DNA of 64,000 bases from a bacterium (GCA_031441465.1 JANOEP010000011.1:74557-138556); one strand, 5' to 3'; positions 1-10,129 are shown, numbered from the stretch's first letter. The notes: generated by a model not told the origin, from the letters alone. Numbers and translations are program-made.

Positions 1-1140
1 GCACGCCGCCGCCGGCCGCTGCAGGGGCGTCGGCGCCCCCTGGCGCGGCGGCGCGTGGCAGGCGCTGCAGGCCACGGCGAGGTGGGCGCCCTGCAGGCCG
101 AAACCGGTGGAGTCGTGGCGCGCGACCGTGAACGACGACGGTTTGAAGCCGTTCACGGTGTGGCAGCGGCTGCAGGCGTCGTAGGTGCGTCCCTCGGCGG
201 CCTCCGGGTGGCGGTCTTGGTGGCAGCCGTCGCAGCGCGCGTAGACCAGGGCGCCGCGGGGCGCGTCCGCGCGGTGGCAGGCGTCGCAGCGCAGGGCCGT
301 GTGGCGCCCCCGCAACGGGTAGCGGGTGCGATCGTGGTCGAAGTCGCCGCCGGCGACCCGCCGCCAGTCCGCGGGATCGTGGCAGCGGGCGCAATCGGCG
401 CCGAGGGAGCCGGCGTGGGGGTCCTTGTGGCAGGCCGCGCAGCTCGCGTGCTCGACGGGGCGGTAACGGTGCCAGGTGTCGGCAACGCCTTCGACGGTCT
501 CGGTCGTCGCCCGGTGGCAGCGGTCGCAGGCCAGGTCGCGGTGTTTCCCTGCGAGGACGAAGTCGGCCTTGGCGTGGTCGAACCCGGGAGCGGGCTTCCA
601 GGCGTCCGGCGTGTGGCAGGTCGTGCAGGCGCCTTCGAACTGGCCACGGTGTTCGTCGCGGTGGCAGTCCAGGCAACCGGCGCCGAGGCCCAGGTAGGTG
701 CGGCCGGGGTTCTTGCCGCGGTCGCGGACGAGGGAGACGTCCTGGAGCAGATCCGCCCGGTGGCACTTCCGGCAGTCCAGCTTCCGGTGGGCTCCCGCCA
801 GCGGCCACCCAGCCGCAGCGTGGTCGAAGGCGGCCGGGCCGGCCGGCCAGTGGATCAGGTCGAAGTCGCGACCCTGGTGCTCGACGTGGCAGGTTGTGCA
901 GCGTTCGTGGCCGGCGGTGGCGTGGAGTCCGCGTCCCGCGGCCACCCGCGTGGCGATCTCCTGGTGGCAGGCCAGGCACTTCGGGCCGACTTTCTGGTCG
1001 CCCAGCTCGTGGCAGGACGTGCACGCACGGACGCCCTCCAGGTGCTCGTGAACGCGGGAGAGCTTGCCGGGCGACAGCTGCGCCGCGGCGAGGACCGGGA
1101 ATCCCGCAATCAGGACAATATTGATCGCAAAATGAGACAC
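1..1140 (-). CDS. Multiheme c-type cytochrome (at least 13 CxxCH), 3' end runs off the window
   Basis: Not in the ORF track because it has no stop in the window. Manual translation from GTG at 1140 gives MSHFAINIVLIAGFPVLAAA-QLSPGKLSRVHEHLEGVRACTSCH..., a signal peptide followed by 13 complete CxxCH motifs in 380 codons, in repeating FDH..L.G.H..CxxCH units. Confidence 0.93.
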   Translation of the reverse strand, partial: MSHFAINIVLIAGFPVLAAAQLSPGKLSRVHEHLEGVRACTSCHELGDQKVGPKCLACHQEIATRVAAGRGLHATAGHERCTTCHVEHQGRDFDLIHWPAGPAAFDHAAAGWPLAGAHRKLDCRKCHRADLLQDVSLVRDRGKNPGRTYLGLGAGCLDCHRDEHRGQFEGACTTCHTPDAWKPAPGFDHAKADFVLAGKHRDLACDRCHRATTETVEGVADTWHRYRPVEHASCAACHKDPHAGSLGADCARCHDPADWRRVAGGDFDHDRTRYPLRGRHTALRCDACHRADAPRGALVYARCDGCHQDRHPEAAEGRTYDACSRCHTVNGFKPSSFTVARHDSTGFGLQGAHLAVACSACHAPPRQGAPTPLQRPAAAC

Positions 1141-1145
1141 ACGTC

Positions 1146-1979
1146 TCAGAACACCCATCGGTACCCCAGGGCCACGGTTACGGCCACGTGGATCACCATG
1201 ATGACCAACATGAGGTAAGCAAAGGGTTTGTGGATGACGTGCCAATAGTGGAACAACTCCCGGATGCGGTTGTGGAACAGGATTCGACGACCGAGCAAGA
1301 CCCGCGCCTTGGCGGCCGCCAGGACCGTCATGGAGGCCCCGGCCGGCAACTGCTTTCGTAACCGCATGCCCAGCAACATGTTGCTCAGAGGCAGGCGCCA
1401 CAGGCTGCCGCTCGCCGTGGTGGCGGTCGCCAGGGTGGACATCGTGCGCGCGTCCAGCCCGTGAGCCTCGCGCAGCAGACGGTCGGCCTCCTCGAGCTGG
1501 AGCTGGATCTGTTCGATGGTCATGGCTTCGCCCAGCACGTTGCGCGGCAGTTGCAGGTACAGATACCGTCCGAACACGCCGCTGAGCGCCACGGCCATCA
1601 TGGACCAGTAGCTCACTGCGACCAGGCCCTGGACCTTGAGCGAAGTGTGCAGCGTCACCAGCAGAGGTCCCGAGATTCCCAGGAAGATGTGCCCGTCGAG
1701 CCAGCGCGCGATGTGCCCTTTGCCGGCAAGCCCGTGCCAGCGCTTGCGCAGGGAGTAGAGCAGCAGCAGCAGGATCTGCAGGCTGCCGACGATGCCCAGG
1801 CCGTGGCCCACCGTGCCGGCCGGACGCAGGCTGCGGAAATCCGGGTGGTGGGGGCGCAGGTCCAACGGCAGGCTGTAGTAGTCGATTCCGACCACGAGCA
1901 GCCAGGTGATCGCGGCGGCGAGCAGGAGATAACTGAATCGCAGCACGATGCGGAACCCGCGGGTGCTCCCGGCGGCCAT
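1146..1979 (-). CDS. His-rich multi-pass membrane protein, probable partner of the multiheme cytochrome
   Basis: ATG at 1979 after an AAGGAG RBS. Several TM segments carry His (GHGLG, WLDGHIFLG, LHTS, WHVIHKPF, IHVAV). Its stop is 5 bp before the cytochrome start. Confidence 0.75.
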   Translation of the reverse strand: MAAGSTRGFRIVLRFSYLLLAAAITWLLVVGIDYYSLPLDLRPHHPDFRSLRPAGTVGHGLGIVGSLQILLLLLYSLRKRWHGLAGKGHIARWLDGHIFLGISGPLLVTLHTSLKVQGLVAVSYWSMMAVALSGVFGRYLYLQLPRNVLGEAMTIEQIQLQLEEADRLLREAHGLDARTMSTLATATTASGSLWRLPLSNMLLGMRLRKQLPAGASMTVLAAAKARVLLGRRILFHNRIRELFHYWHVIHKPFAYLMLVIMVIHVAVTVALGYRWVF

Positions 1980-2170
1980 GGCGTCTCCTTGTCGGTCAAC
2001 GGATTCGGGCGGCATCATTCTAGGCTCTCTTGCTTCCGATACAACCAGTATGTCGTGTCGCAAATGGTTGTCCTGGAGCGGCGGAGGTGATAGTTTTCCC
2101 CACATGCCCGGTGCCCCGGCGGAGCGATCCCGGGGCGCCCCTTTTTCCGCGTGTGATGACGGAGGTGTCC

Positions 2171-4180
2171 ATGGACGTCAGCGGCAAGGCCAAGAGCCTC
2201 CCCGAGAACGCCTACCGCAAGCTCAAGCCCGGCGAGGAATACATCCCCGTCGTGCCTGCCGGTCGGATCGTACCCGAGCTGACACCCTACTCCCTGATCT
2301 GGGGTCTGGTGTTCGCGGTGATCTTCTCGGCGGCGGCCGCCTACCTGGGCCTGAAGATCGGCCAGGTGTTCGAAGCGGCCATCCCCATCACGATCCTGGC
2401 GATCGGCCTGAGCGCGAAGCGCAAGGACGCCCTGCAGCAGAACGTGATGATCCAGTCCATCGGCTCCGCCTCGGGCGTGGTCGTGGCCGGCGCCATCTTC
2501 ACGCTGCCCGGCATCTACATCCTGAACCTGTCGGACAAGACCAATTTCATGCAGATGTGCCTGGCCTCCCTGCTGGGCGGCTTCCTGGGCATCCTGTTCC
2601 TGATCCCGTTCCGCCGCTTCTTCGTCAAGGAGATGCACGGCGAGTTCCCGTTCCCCGAGGCCACCGCCAGCACCGAGGTGCTGATGGCGGGCGAGGCCGG
2701 CGGCGGCCAGGCGAGCGTGCTGGTCAAGAGCGGTCTGCTGGCCGGCGGTTTCCAGCTGTTCTCGCAGACGTGCGGCCTGTGGCGCGAGACCTTCGGCACG
2801 CCCGCCTTCGCGTGGGGCGAGTCGCTTTCGAGGAAGGTGCGCCTGGAGTTCCACATGATGACCGAGGCCGCGATCATCGGCCTGGGCTACATCATCGGCC
2901 TGCGCTACGCGCTGATCATCGCCTGCGGTTCGTTCCTGTCGTGGTGGGTCATGACTCCCATGATCGGCATCCTGGGCAAGGGCGTGACGGTCGCCGGCAC
3001 GCTGTACCGCCTGGAAGCCCTCGACGGTCTGGACACGCTCATGATCTTCCGCAACTTCGTGCGGCCGGTGGGCATCGGCGCGATCGCGATGAGCGGTCTG
3101 ATCGGCGTCTGGAAGAGCCGCAGCATCATCCTGGGCGCCTTCAAGCTGGCGGCCGGCGGCGCGGCGGCCAAGTCCGCGGCCGGTGGCGTCGTCGAGCGCA
3201 CGCAGCGCGACCTGCCCATGAACATCGTGACCTCGGGCCTGATCATGACCCTGTTGGCGGTGTTCTGCTTCTTCTGGTTCATGGTGCCCGGCGTGGGCAT
3301 GGGCCAGGCCCTGGCCGGCCTGGCGGTCGTGGCCGGCATCTCGTTCCTGTTCACGACGGTCGCCGCGCGCGCCATCGCCATCGTGGGCACCAACCCGGTG
3401 TCCGGCATGACCCTGATGACCCTGATCATCAGCTCGGTGGTCCTGAAGGCCGTGGGCCTGCAGGGCCAGGAGGGCATCGTGGCGGCGCTGTTGATCGGCG
3501 GCGTGGTCTGCACCGCGCTCTCGATGAGCGGCGGCTTCGTCAGCGACCTGAAGATCGGCTACTGGCTGGGCACGACGCCCTCCACCCAGGAGAAATGGAA
3601 GTTCCTGGGCACGGTCGTGGCGGCCGTCTCGGTGACCGCGGTGATCATGATCCTGAACACCAGCTACGGCTTCTCCGGGGAGGGCGCCCTGCCCGCGCCC
3701 CAGGCCAACGCGATGGTGGCCGTGATCGAGCCCCTGATGACCGGCCAGCCGGCCCCTTGGCTGCTGTACATGGCCGGCATCTTCATGGCGCTGATCCTGC
3801 AGTGGACGGGCCTGCCGGCGCTCGCCTTCGCCCTGGGCATGTACCTGCCCCTGGAGGTCAACACGCCGGTGTTGGCCGGCGGTCTGATCGCCTACTGGGT
3901 CGGCAAGGGCGGCAGCGAAGCGGCGCAGACCGCGCGCAAGGATCGCGGCACGCTGATCGCGAGCGGCTTCGTGGCCGGCGGCGCCATCATGGGCGTCATT
4001 GCCTCGATCATCAAGTTCGCGGGGATCCAGTCGTCCGGCGACGCCAAGTGGAGCGTGGACCGTGTCCTGGGCACGGACGGGTGGCTCGAGAACCCCGCTT
4101 CGGCCGTGCTGACGCTGGTGATGTTCTGCCTCCTGGGCTACTACCTGTACCGCAGCTCGCGGTCGGCCGCCAAGGACTGA
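2171..4180 (+). CDS. OPT-family oligopeptide transporter
   Basis: YLGLKIG, AAIPITIL, PFPEATA and NPVSGMT motifs; many TM helices; GGAGGT RBS. Confidence 0.9.
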   Translation: MDVSGKAKSLPENAYRKLKPGEEYIPVVPAGRIVPELTPYSLIWGLVFAVIFSAAAAYLGLKIGQVFEAAIPITILAIGLSAKRKDALQQNVMIQSIGSASGVVVAGAIFTLPGIYILNLSDKTNFMQMCLASLLGGFLGILFLIPFRRFFVKEMHGEFPFPEATASTEVLMAGEAGGGQASVLVKSGLLAGGFQLFSQTCGLWRETFGTPAFAWGESLSRKVRLEFHMMTEAAIIGLGYIIGLRYALIIACGSFLSWWVMTPMIGILGKGVTVAGTLYRLEALDGLDTLMIFRNFVRPVGIGAIAMSGLIGVWKSRSIILGAFKLAAGGAAAKSAAGGVVERTQRDLPMNIVTSGLIMTLLAVFCFFWFMVPGVGMGQALAGLAVVAGISFLFTTVAARAIAIVGTNPVSGMTLMTLIISSVVLKAVGLQGQEGIVAALLIGGVVCTALSMSGGFVSDLKIGYWLGTTPSTQEKWKFLGTVVAAVSVTAVIMILNTSYGFSGEGALPAPQANAMVAVIEPLMTGQPAPWLLYMAGIFMALILQWTGLPALAFALGMYLPLEVNTPVLAGGLIAYWVGKGGSEAAQTARKDRGTLIASGFVAGGAIMGVIASIIKFAGIQSSGDAKWSVDRVLGTDGWLENPASAVLTLVMFCLLGYYLYRSSRSAAKD

Positions 4181-4251
4181 CCCGGGGCCGGCTCGGGCCG
4201 AACGGCGATGGGGCGGCCGCGGGGCCGCCCCCTTCCATCCGGGAGACGACG

Positions 4252-4791
4252 ATGAACGCAACGACGATGCGACGGTCCTGCCTAGCGGCGGCCCTCCTGC
4301 TGGGAGTGTGCGCCGGCTGTGGCGGCAAGGGGCCGCAGACGTTGGCCACCCATGCCTTCGACGACGGGACGGGGTTGCTCGACCTGGGATTCGACGCGGC
4401 CCTCGAGACCGGTTCCGATGGCGGCGTGCTGCGGATCGAGGCAGCGCAGGATCGCGTGCTGGTCAACATCTGCGAATTGGCGGGACCGAAGGGCGACGTC
4501 GAGGCGATCGCCGTCGGCTGCCGCATCCGCAGCGAACTGCTCAGTCACCATGTCTTCCTGGATCTCTGGATCTTCCCGCGCGACGGCGAGCCGCGCCTGA
4601 CGCGCACCGCCCTGCAGAACATCCGCCGGACCGTGCCCTGGACCGACATCGCGGTGCGGGTGCCGCTCAAGACGGGGGAGCAGCCCGAAAAGCTGCGCGT
4701 CGCCATCTATGCCGACGGCTCCGGCCGCATCTGGCTGGACGACCTCGTCGTCCGCGCCGGTCTCTCGGCGGATTTCGACGGCGGCCGGTGA
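4252..4791 (+). CDS. Hypothetical lipoprotein
   Basis: C-terminal part of ORF 1948..4791. ATG follows GGAG; lipobox-like VCAGC; beta-rich domain ending G.IWLDD. Confidence 0.65.
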   Translation: MNATTMRRSCLAAALLLGVCAGCGGKGPQTLATHAFDDGTGLLDLGFDAALETGSDGGVLRIEAAQDRVLVNICELAGPKGDVEAIAVGCRIRSELLSHHVFLDLWIFPRDGEPRLTRTALQNIRRTVPWTDIAVRVPLKTGEQPEKLRVAIYADGSGRIWLDDLVVRAGLSADFDGGR

Positions 4792-4792
4792 C

Positions 4793-5875
4793 GTGAACCG
4801 CGTCTGGATTTCCCGCCGTGGCGGTCCCGAAACGCTGGTCCTGCGCGAGGAACCCGATCCCTCGCCGCGTCCCGGCGAGGTGCGCCTGCGCGTCGACGCC
4901 GCCGGCGTCAACTTCGCGGACGTGATGATCCGCATCGGTCTGTATCCCGGCGCGCCGCGCTTGCCCATGGTCCCCGGTTACGAGGTCGCGGGCGTCGTGG
5001 ACGCGCTGGGCGAGGGGGCGCCGGCGGACCTCGCCGGGCGTCGCGCGCTGGCCTTCTGCGAATTCGGCGGCTATGCCGACGTGGTCTGCGTGCCGGCCGG
5101 CGCCGTTTTTCCCCTGCCCGATTCCGTGAGCACGGTCGAAGCCGCCGCGTTGCCGGTGAACTTCCTGACCGCCTGGCAGATGCTCGAGGTCATGGCTCCG
5201 GCCGGACCCGGCGACACGGTGCTGATCCACGGCGCCGCCGGCGGGGTGGGCACGGCGGCGACGCAGCTGGCGCGCCGCCGCGGCGCCCGCGTGCTGGGCA
5301 GCGCCTCGCCGTCGAAGCACGCCTGGCTGCGGGAGCGGGGCGTGGAGCTGTGCCTGGACTCGCGCCGGCGCAGTTTCGCCGCGGAGGTGCGGGAAGCGAC
5401 GGGCGGGCGCGGCGCGGACGTGGTGCTCGAGCCGCGCCACGGACGCTGGATCCGCGAGAGCTACGAGAGCCTCGCGCCCACGGGCCGACTGGTGCTGTTC
5501 GGCTTCGCCGACGCGGCGACGCTCAACGGCTCGCGCCTGGCGCCGTTGCGGACGCTGATCGGCGTGCCGTGGCTGCTGATGAATCCGCTCCGGCTGGTGA
5601 ACGACAACCGGGGCGTCCTGGGCGTGAACCTGGGTCGCCTGTGGGACGACCACGCCCGTGTCGCCGGCTGGATGCGGCGCATCCTCGCGCTGGCGGCGGC
5701 GGGCGAGGTGCGTCCGGTGATCGACCGCGCGTACCGTTTTCGCGACGCCGACCGCGCCCACCTCGCATTGCAGCTGCGGCACAACCGCGGCAAGATCCTG
5801 CTGGTCAGCGACGACGCCGCCGCGCGCGGCGATCTCGGCTGCCCGGTGGGCGACCAGGAGGAATCCCGATCATGA
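4793..5875 (+). CDS. Zn-independent MDR-family quinone oxidoreductase (VAT1-like)
   Basis: AAGVNFAD, PGYEVAG, LIHGAAGGVG, GKILL motifs; GTG start inferred. Confidence 0.88.
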   Translation: MNRVWISRRGGPETLVLREEPDPSPRPGEVRLRVDAAGVNFADVMIRIGLYPGAPRLPMVPGYEVAGVVDALGEGAPADLAGRRALAFCEFGGYADVVCVPAGAVFPLPDSVSTVEAAALPVNFLTAWQMLEVMAPAGPGDTVLIHGAAGGVGTAATQLARRRGARVLGSASPSKHAWLRERGVELCLDSRRRSFAAEVREATGGRGADVVLEPRHGRWIRESYESLAPTGRLVLFGFADAATLNGSRLAPLRTLIGVPWLLMNPLRLVNDNRGVLGVNLGRLWDDHARVAGWMRRILALAAAGEVRPVIDRAYRFRDADRAHLALQLRHNRGKILLVSDDAAARGDLGCPVGDQEESRS

Positions 5876-6993
5876 GACATTTGCTCCAGCCGCGCCTGCG
5901 CGCCGTCGCCCTCACCACCCTCATCTTGGCCACCCTCGTCCTGGCCGCCCTCGCGGTCGACGCCGGGGCCGCGACACCGGCGCAGCGGGTCGCCGCCGTC
6001 GCGGCGACGCTCGCCCAGGCCAGGGAACTCGGCGCCGACAAGCGCTGCCCCGACGACTACCGCACGGCCGAAGCCGCGAACGACGTGGCGGTCGGCTGCG
6101 TGAACGGGGGCGGCGATTGCAACAGCACCCTGACCGCCGCCGAACTGGCGGCCGCGCGCGCGCTCAGCCGCATCCGCTTCATCGAGGACCTGCGGTCGGC
6201 GCGCCACGACTGGCAGGAGGCGGCCGAGCGCTACGACCGCCTCGTCGAGCGCGTCGCCACCGTCGCGGGCCTGGTGGTCGACCCGGCGCTCTCGGGCGAA
6301 GCGGCCGGCCGGCGCGTGCTCGCGGACCTCGACCGGATGATGACCGCGCTGCGCGTCCGGGCGGATTCGCTCGAGGCGGTCAACCGCGGCTTCGGGGCCT
6401 GGGTCGAGGGCGGTCGCGCCGTCCAGGACTCGACCATCGCCGAATTGAGGCGCGAGCTGACCACGTCGCGGCACGCGCTCTGGGAGATGCAACTGCGGGC
6501 GGGCGTGGCCGAGGCCGACCTCTCCGCCGTCGAATCGAGGGAGACCCGCGTGCAGGACCGCGAAACGGAGGTGCGCAGCCTCGGGCAGCTCTTCACCCCG
6601 GAAGAGGGGCAGGTCTGGCTGACCCCTGAGGGTGACGTGCGGGTGCGGCTGACGGGTTTGAAGTTCGCTTCGGGCAACGCCTGGCTGAACCCGAAGTACG
6701 ACGCGCTGCTGGACAAGGCCGCCGAGGCGGTTCGCCGCTTCCCCGACCTGGTCCCTGGTGTGGAAGGCCACACCGACGACACCGGCCCCCGCGCCGCCAA
6801 CCAGAAGCTGTCGCTGGCCCGCGCGCAGGCCGTGGCGGCGGCGCTGGCCAAGCGGCTGGACGCGACGACGGCGTCCCTGGCGGCGGTGGGCATGGGGCCG
6901 GACCAGCCGGTCGCCCCGAACAAGACCGACGAGGGCAAGGCCCGCAACCGGCGTATCGAGCTGGTGCTGAAGGCGGCGCGCGACGGGAATTGA
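5872..6993 (+). CDS. OmpA-family peptidoglycan-binding protein
   Basis: Signal peptide, coiled-coil, then C-terminal EGHTD..G...NQKLSLARA..V and RNRRIE; ATGA overlap with the upstream gene. Confidence 0.88.
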   Translation: MRHLLQPRLRAVALTTLILATLVLAALAVDAGAATPAQRVAAVAATLAQARELGADKRCPDDYRTAEAANDVAVGCVNGGGDCNSTLTAAELAAARALSRIRFIEDLRSARHDWQEAAERYDRLVERVATVAGLVVDPALSGEAAGRRVLADLDRMMTALRVRADSLEAVNRGFGAWVEGGRAVQDSTIAELRRELTTSRHALWEMQLRAGVAEADLSAVESRETRVQDRETEVRSLGQLFTPEEGQVWLTPEGDVRVRLTGLKFASGNAWLNPKYDALLDKAAEAVRRFPDLVPGVEGHTDDTGPRAANQKLSLARAQAVAAALAKRLDATTASLAAVGMGPDQPVAPNKTDEGKARNRRIELVLKAARDGN

Positions 6994-6999
6994 GCGGAC

Positions 7000-7614
7000 T
7001 CAGCGCCGGTTCGCCTCCTGGGGCGCGGCGGTCGCCGGTGCGCCCGGCAGGGGATTCTCCTTGAGGATGGCGGACACGGCCTGGAAATCCTCGGTCCGCG
7101 CCACCTTGAGGATCTCGAACATCACCATCTCGGCGGTCATCACCTGGGCGCCGATGTCGCGCAGGTAGGCCAGGCCGAGGTTGCGGTTGCTGACCTGCCG
7201 CGACGAGACGGCGTCGGCCGCCACCGCCACCTGATATCCCGCCTCGAGCAGGTCGCGCGCCGTCTGGTAGACGCACACGTGCGCCTCGATCCCGCACAGC
7301 ACGATCTGGTCGCGGTTCAGGCTCTTGAGCCGGCGGTTGAAGTTGTGGTCCGCGGCGCAGGAGAAGCTGATCTTCTCGATGGGCTCGTAGCGCCGCGGCA
7401 ACGCGGCGAGTTCCTCGACGGTGCCGCCCAGACCGCGCGGGTAGTGCTCGGTGACCAGGACCGGGACGTCCAGCCGGTCGCAGAAGCGGATCAGGCGCGA
7501 GCAATTGGCCAGCACCAGGCCCATCTCGTGGATCAGCGGCCGGAACTGTTCCTGGACGTCGATGACGACCAGGGCGGTGCGGTTCTTTTCCAGGCGCGGC
7601 GGCGGCTTGGGCAT
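7000..7614 (-). CDS. Isochorismatase-family hydrolase
   Basis: VVIDVQE, KISFSC and GIEAHVCVYQT motifs. Confidence 0.9.
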   Translation of the reverse strand: MPKPPPRLEKNRTALVVIDVQEQFRPLIHEMGLVLANCSRLIRFCDRLDVPVLVTEHYPRGLGGTVEELAALPRRYEPIEKISFSCAADHNFNRRLKSLNRDQIVLCGIEAHVCVYQTARDLLEAGYQVAVAADAVSSRQVSNRNLGLAYLRDIGAQVMTAEMVMFEILKVARTEDFQAVSAILKENPLPGAPATAAPQEANRR

Positions 7615-7647
7615 CGGCGGTCCTTTCGTGGCGCGACGGCGCCGCGT

Positions 7648-8862
7648 TCATTCGCCGCGCGGCGGCGGCGCGTAGTCGGCGCAGGGATCCACGACTTCGG
7701 CGTAAGGGCTGTTCCAGCTCGTGTCGAACCAGCGCGCCAGGTCCCCGGCGACCGGCCCGCCGGCGATGAAGAAGCTCAAGTTGCGGGACTCGTGGAAGTA
7801 GTCACGTCCCCAGTTGGCGGTGCCCAGCCAGGCTTCGTCCCCGTCCTTGACCAGGTACTTCGGGTGCTCCACGCGCGCGAACGGGATGTAGCCGCCGGAC
7901 CATTCCGGGATGTTCGTGAAGCGGACCTCGACGTTGTCGAGCACGGCGAGGCTCTTGATGTGCGGCAGCGCGGCGGCGCGTTTGGCCCAGTTCGACAGGA
8001 TGACCTTCACCTGCACGCCGCGCGCCGCGGCGCGGCGCAGGGCGGCGTCCAGGGTCGCGTAGTAGGTCCCGTCGCGTTCGGTGACGCCGTAGCTCAGCAG
8101 GTGCAGGCGCACCTCATGCGCGGCGCGGTCGATCAGGTCGACCAGCAGCGGCTCGTCGTGCGGCACGCCGGGCGGCAGCGCCGGCGGCGGGCTGGCCGCG
8201 AAGCGGACCGTCGCCGGCGCGTCGCCGCCCGCTTCCAGGATCCAGGGGCCGGAGTCGGTGGCGACCGCCGGCGGCGGCTCGCCGCCGGCCAGGGCCCAAT
8301 CGTGCGCGAAGACGGCACCGACGGCCGTCGCGACCGCGACCGATTCGAACCGCGCACCTAGTTCGTGGATGTGCTCGAGGGCCCGGTAATCCCAGTTCTG
8401 GCTGCCGACGAAGCAGGCGCGGTCGTCCACAACGAAGAACTTGGCGTGCTGCACGCCGCCCCACAGGCGGCGCGCGTCGAGCAAGCGCGCCTCGGCCCCG
8501 GGCAGCGCCCCGACGGCGTCGACCCATTCGGGGTAGGTCTTGTGGAAGCCCAGGTCGGCGAGCAACCGGACGCGCACGCCGCGGGCGGCCGCCGCGGACA
8601 CCGCCGCCAGCACGACGTCCAAGGCGTCGTCCCGCGCGGGATCGGCGCTGATGTAGAAGACCTCGATGTCCAGGGAGCGGCGCGCCGACGCGATCATCGC
8701 AGGCCAGACGTCGCGGGCCTCGGGCAGGACGGGCTGATCCAGAACGGTCTCGGCGGGCACGCTTTCGACCAGCTGCATGGTGCCCTGCCGCACGGCCGCC
8801 GTCGCGACGGTGAACTGCAGGAGCGCGGCGAGCGCCAGCGTTGCGAAAAGGGGCGTCTTCAT
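7648..8862 (-). CDS. Secreted phospholipase D superfamily protein
   Basis: Signal peptide and two HKD motifs (HAKFFVVD..GSQNWD; HPKYLVKD..GTANW). Confidence 0.88.
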   Translation of the reverse strand: MKTPLFATLALAALLQFTVATAAVRQGTMQLVESVPAETVLDQPVLPEARDVWPAMIASARRSLDIEVFYISADPARDDALDVVLAAVSAAAARGVRVRLLADLGFHKTYPEWVDAVGALPGAEARLLDARRLWGGVQHAKFFVVDDRACFVGSQNWDYRALEHIHELGARFESVAVATAVGAVFAHDWALAGGEPPPAVATDSGPWILEAGGDAPATVRFAASPPPALPPGVPHDEPLLVDLIDRAAHEVRLHLLSYGVTERDGTYYATLDAALRRAAARGVQVKVILSNWAKRAAALPHIKSLAVLDNVEVRFTNIPEWSGGYIPFARVEHPKYLVKDGDEAWLGTANWGRDYFHESRNLSFFIAGGPVAGDLARWFDTSWNSPYAEVVDPCADYAPPPRGE

Positions 8863-9107
8863 GGTCGGCTCCATCCGGCTGGGATCGCCCCAAACTAGCA
8901 CGATCCGCCGTGACCCGCGAGGGGGGATCGCCCCGCGGGGTTCGACGATCCTGGCGTCGACGCTAGCAAGAACCGCACCCGTGCGCGCCGGGTTCGCCGC
9001 CCGCCGCCGGCCTTCACGGATTTCACATTTGACGCGGGGGGGAAGTTGGTATATCCATGCGGCGTCGCACCGCCGACGGCGCGACGGCTCTGCACAAGGA
9101 GGGAAAC

Positions 9108-9416
9108 ATGAGCCTCGAAATCCGTTACCTGAAGTCCCGTCCGATCTGCAAGGTGACGTTCCGTCTGCCCGCCGAGGCCGCGCCCGATGCCGAGTCCGTG
9201 CACCTGGTCGGCGAGTTCAACGACTGGAACACCACGAACTGCCCCATGACGCGCCTCAAGGACGGCGCTTTCAAGGTCGCCCTGGATCTGGAGACCGGCC
9301 GCTCGTACGGCTTCCGTTACCTCATCGACGGCAAGATCTGGGAAAACGACTGGGAAGCCCATCGCTACGAGCCGGCGCTGTCCGGCGGCGTCGAGAACTC
9401 GATCGTCGAGGTCTGA
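9108..9416 (+). CDS. Isoamylase early-set / CBM48-like glycogen-binding protein
   Basis: KVTFRLP, VGEFNDW, FRYLIDGKIWEND; AAGGAGG RBS. Confidence 0.88.
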   Translation: MSLEIRYLKSRPICKVTFRLPAEAAPDAESVHLVGEFNDWNTTNCPMTRLKDGAFKVALDLETGRSYGFRYLIDGKIWENDWEAHRYEPALSGGVENSIVEV

Positions 9417-9448
9417 TCGCGCCCGCACCCGAGGGTGCCCGACGGCAG

Positions 9449-9479
9449 GAAGCCCCCGTCCGGACAGGACGGGGGCTTC
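9449..9479. terminator. Hairpin between convergent genes, probable bidirectional terminator
   Basis: 13-bp stem GAAGCCCCCGTCC / GGACGGGGGCTTC. Confidence 0.7.
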
Positions 9480-9501
9480 TGCGTCCACCGGCGGCCGTGG
9501 G

Positions 9502-10002
9502 CTAGAGCAGGGCCTTCAGGACAGCCTCGTAGTCCGGCTCCGCCGTGGTCTCGGGGCAGAGCTGGCTGTGGGTGATCTTGCCGGCGGCGTCGATCACCAG
9601 GACCGAACGGGCCAGCAGTCCGGCCAGGGGGCCGTCGGCGATGCGCACGCCGTAGGCGCGGCCGAACCCGCCGTTGCGGAAGTCGGACACCGAGACGACG
9701 GCGTCGAGACCCTCGGCGCCGCAGAATCGCTTGTGGGCGAACGGCAGGTCCATCGAGGCGCACAGCACGACGGTGTCGGCGAGCTTGCCGGCCTCGACGT
9801 TGAAGCGGCGGACGCTCGCGGCGCACACGTCGGTGTCGATGCTCGGGAAGACGTTCAGGACGATGCGCTTGCCGCGCAGGTCGTCCAGGGTGACCTCCGA
9901 GAGATCGGTCTTGGTGAGCGTGAAGGACGGGGCGGTCGTCCCGACGGCCGGCAGCGCGCCGACGGTGTGGAAGGGGTTGCCCTTCAGCTTGAACTCGGCC
10001 AT
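9502..10002 (-). CDS. tpx: Thiol peroxidase (atypical 2-Cys peroxiredoxin)
   Basis: FPSIDTDVCA and SMDLPFAHKRFCGAEG motifs. Confidence 0.95.
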   Translation of the reverse strand: MAEFKLKGNPFHTVGALPAVGTTAPSFTLTKTDLSEVTLDDLRGKRIVLNVFPSIDTDVCAASVRRFNVEAGKLADTVVLCASMDLPFAHKRFCGAEGLDAVVSVSDFRNGGFGRAYGVRIADGPLAGLLARSVLVIDAAGKITHSQLCPETTAEPDYEAVLKALL

Positions 10003-10101
10003 GGCGGTCTCCTTCAAGTGGATGTTCGCGTTCATTCCGCCCCCAATCTAGTGCCGGGGGCGCGGTTCGCCACCCCGCGACGCCGGGGACGCCGAAACGG
10101 C

Positions 10102-10129
10102 GGGGGCGGATCCCGCGGGATCCGCCCCC
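10102..10129 (-). terminator. GC-rich palindrome downstream of the transketolase-like gene
   Basis: Perfect 28-bp palindrome GGGGGCGGATCCCGCGGGATCCGCCCCC. Confidence 0.55.

Noticed and set aside
55..1218. 387-aa plus-strand ORF with repeated VA motifs
   Set aside because: Antisense shadow of the multiheme cytochrome; the GTGGCA repeats are Cys-His codons on the minus strand.
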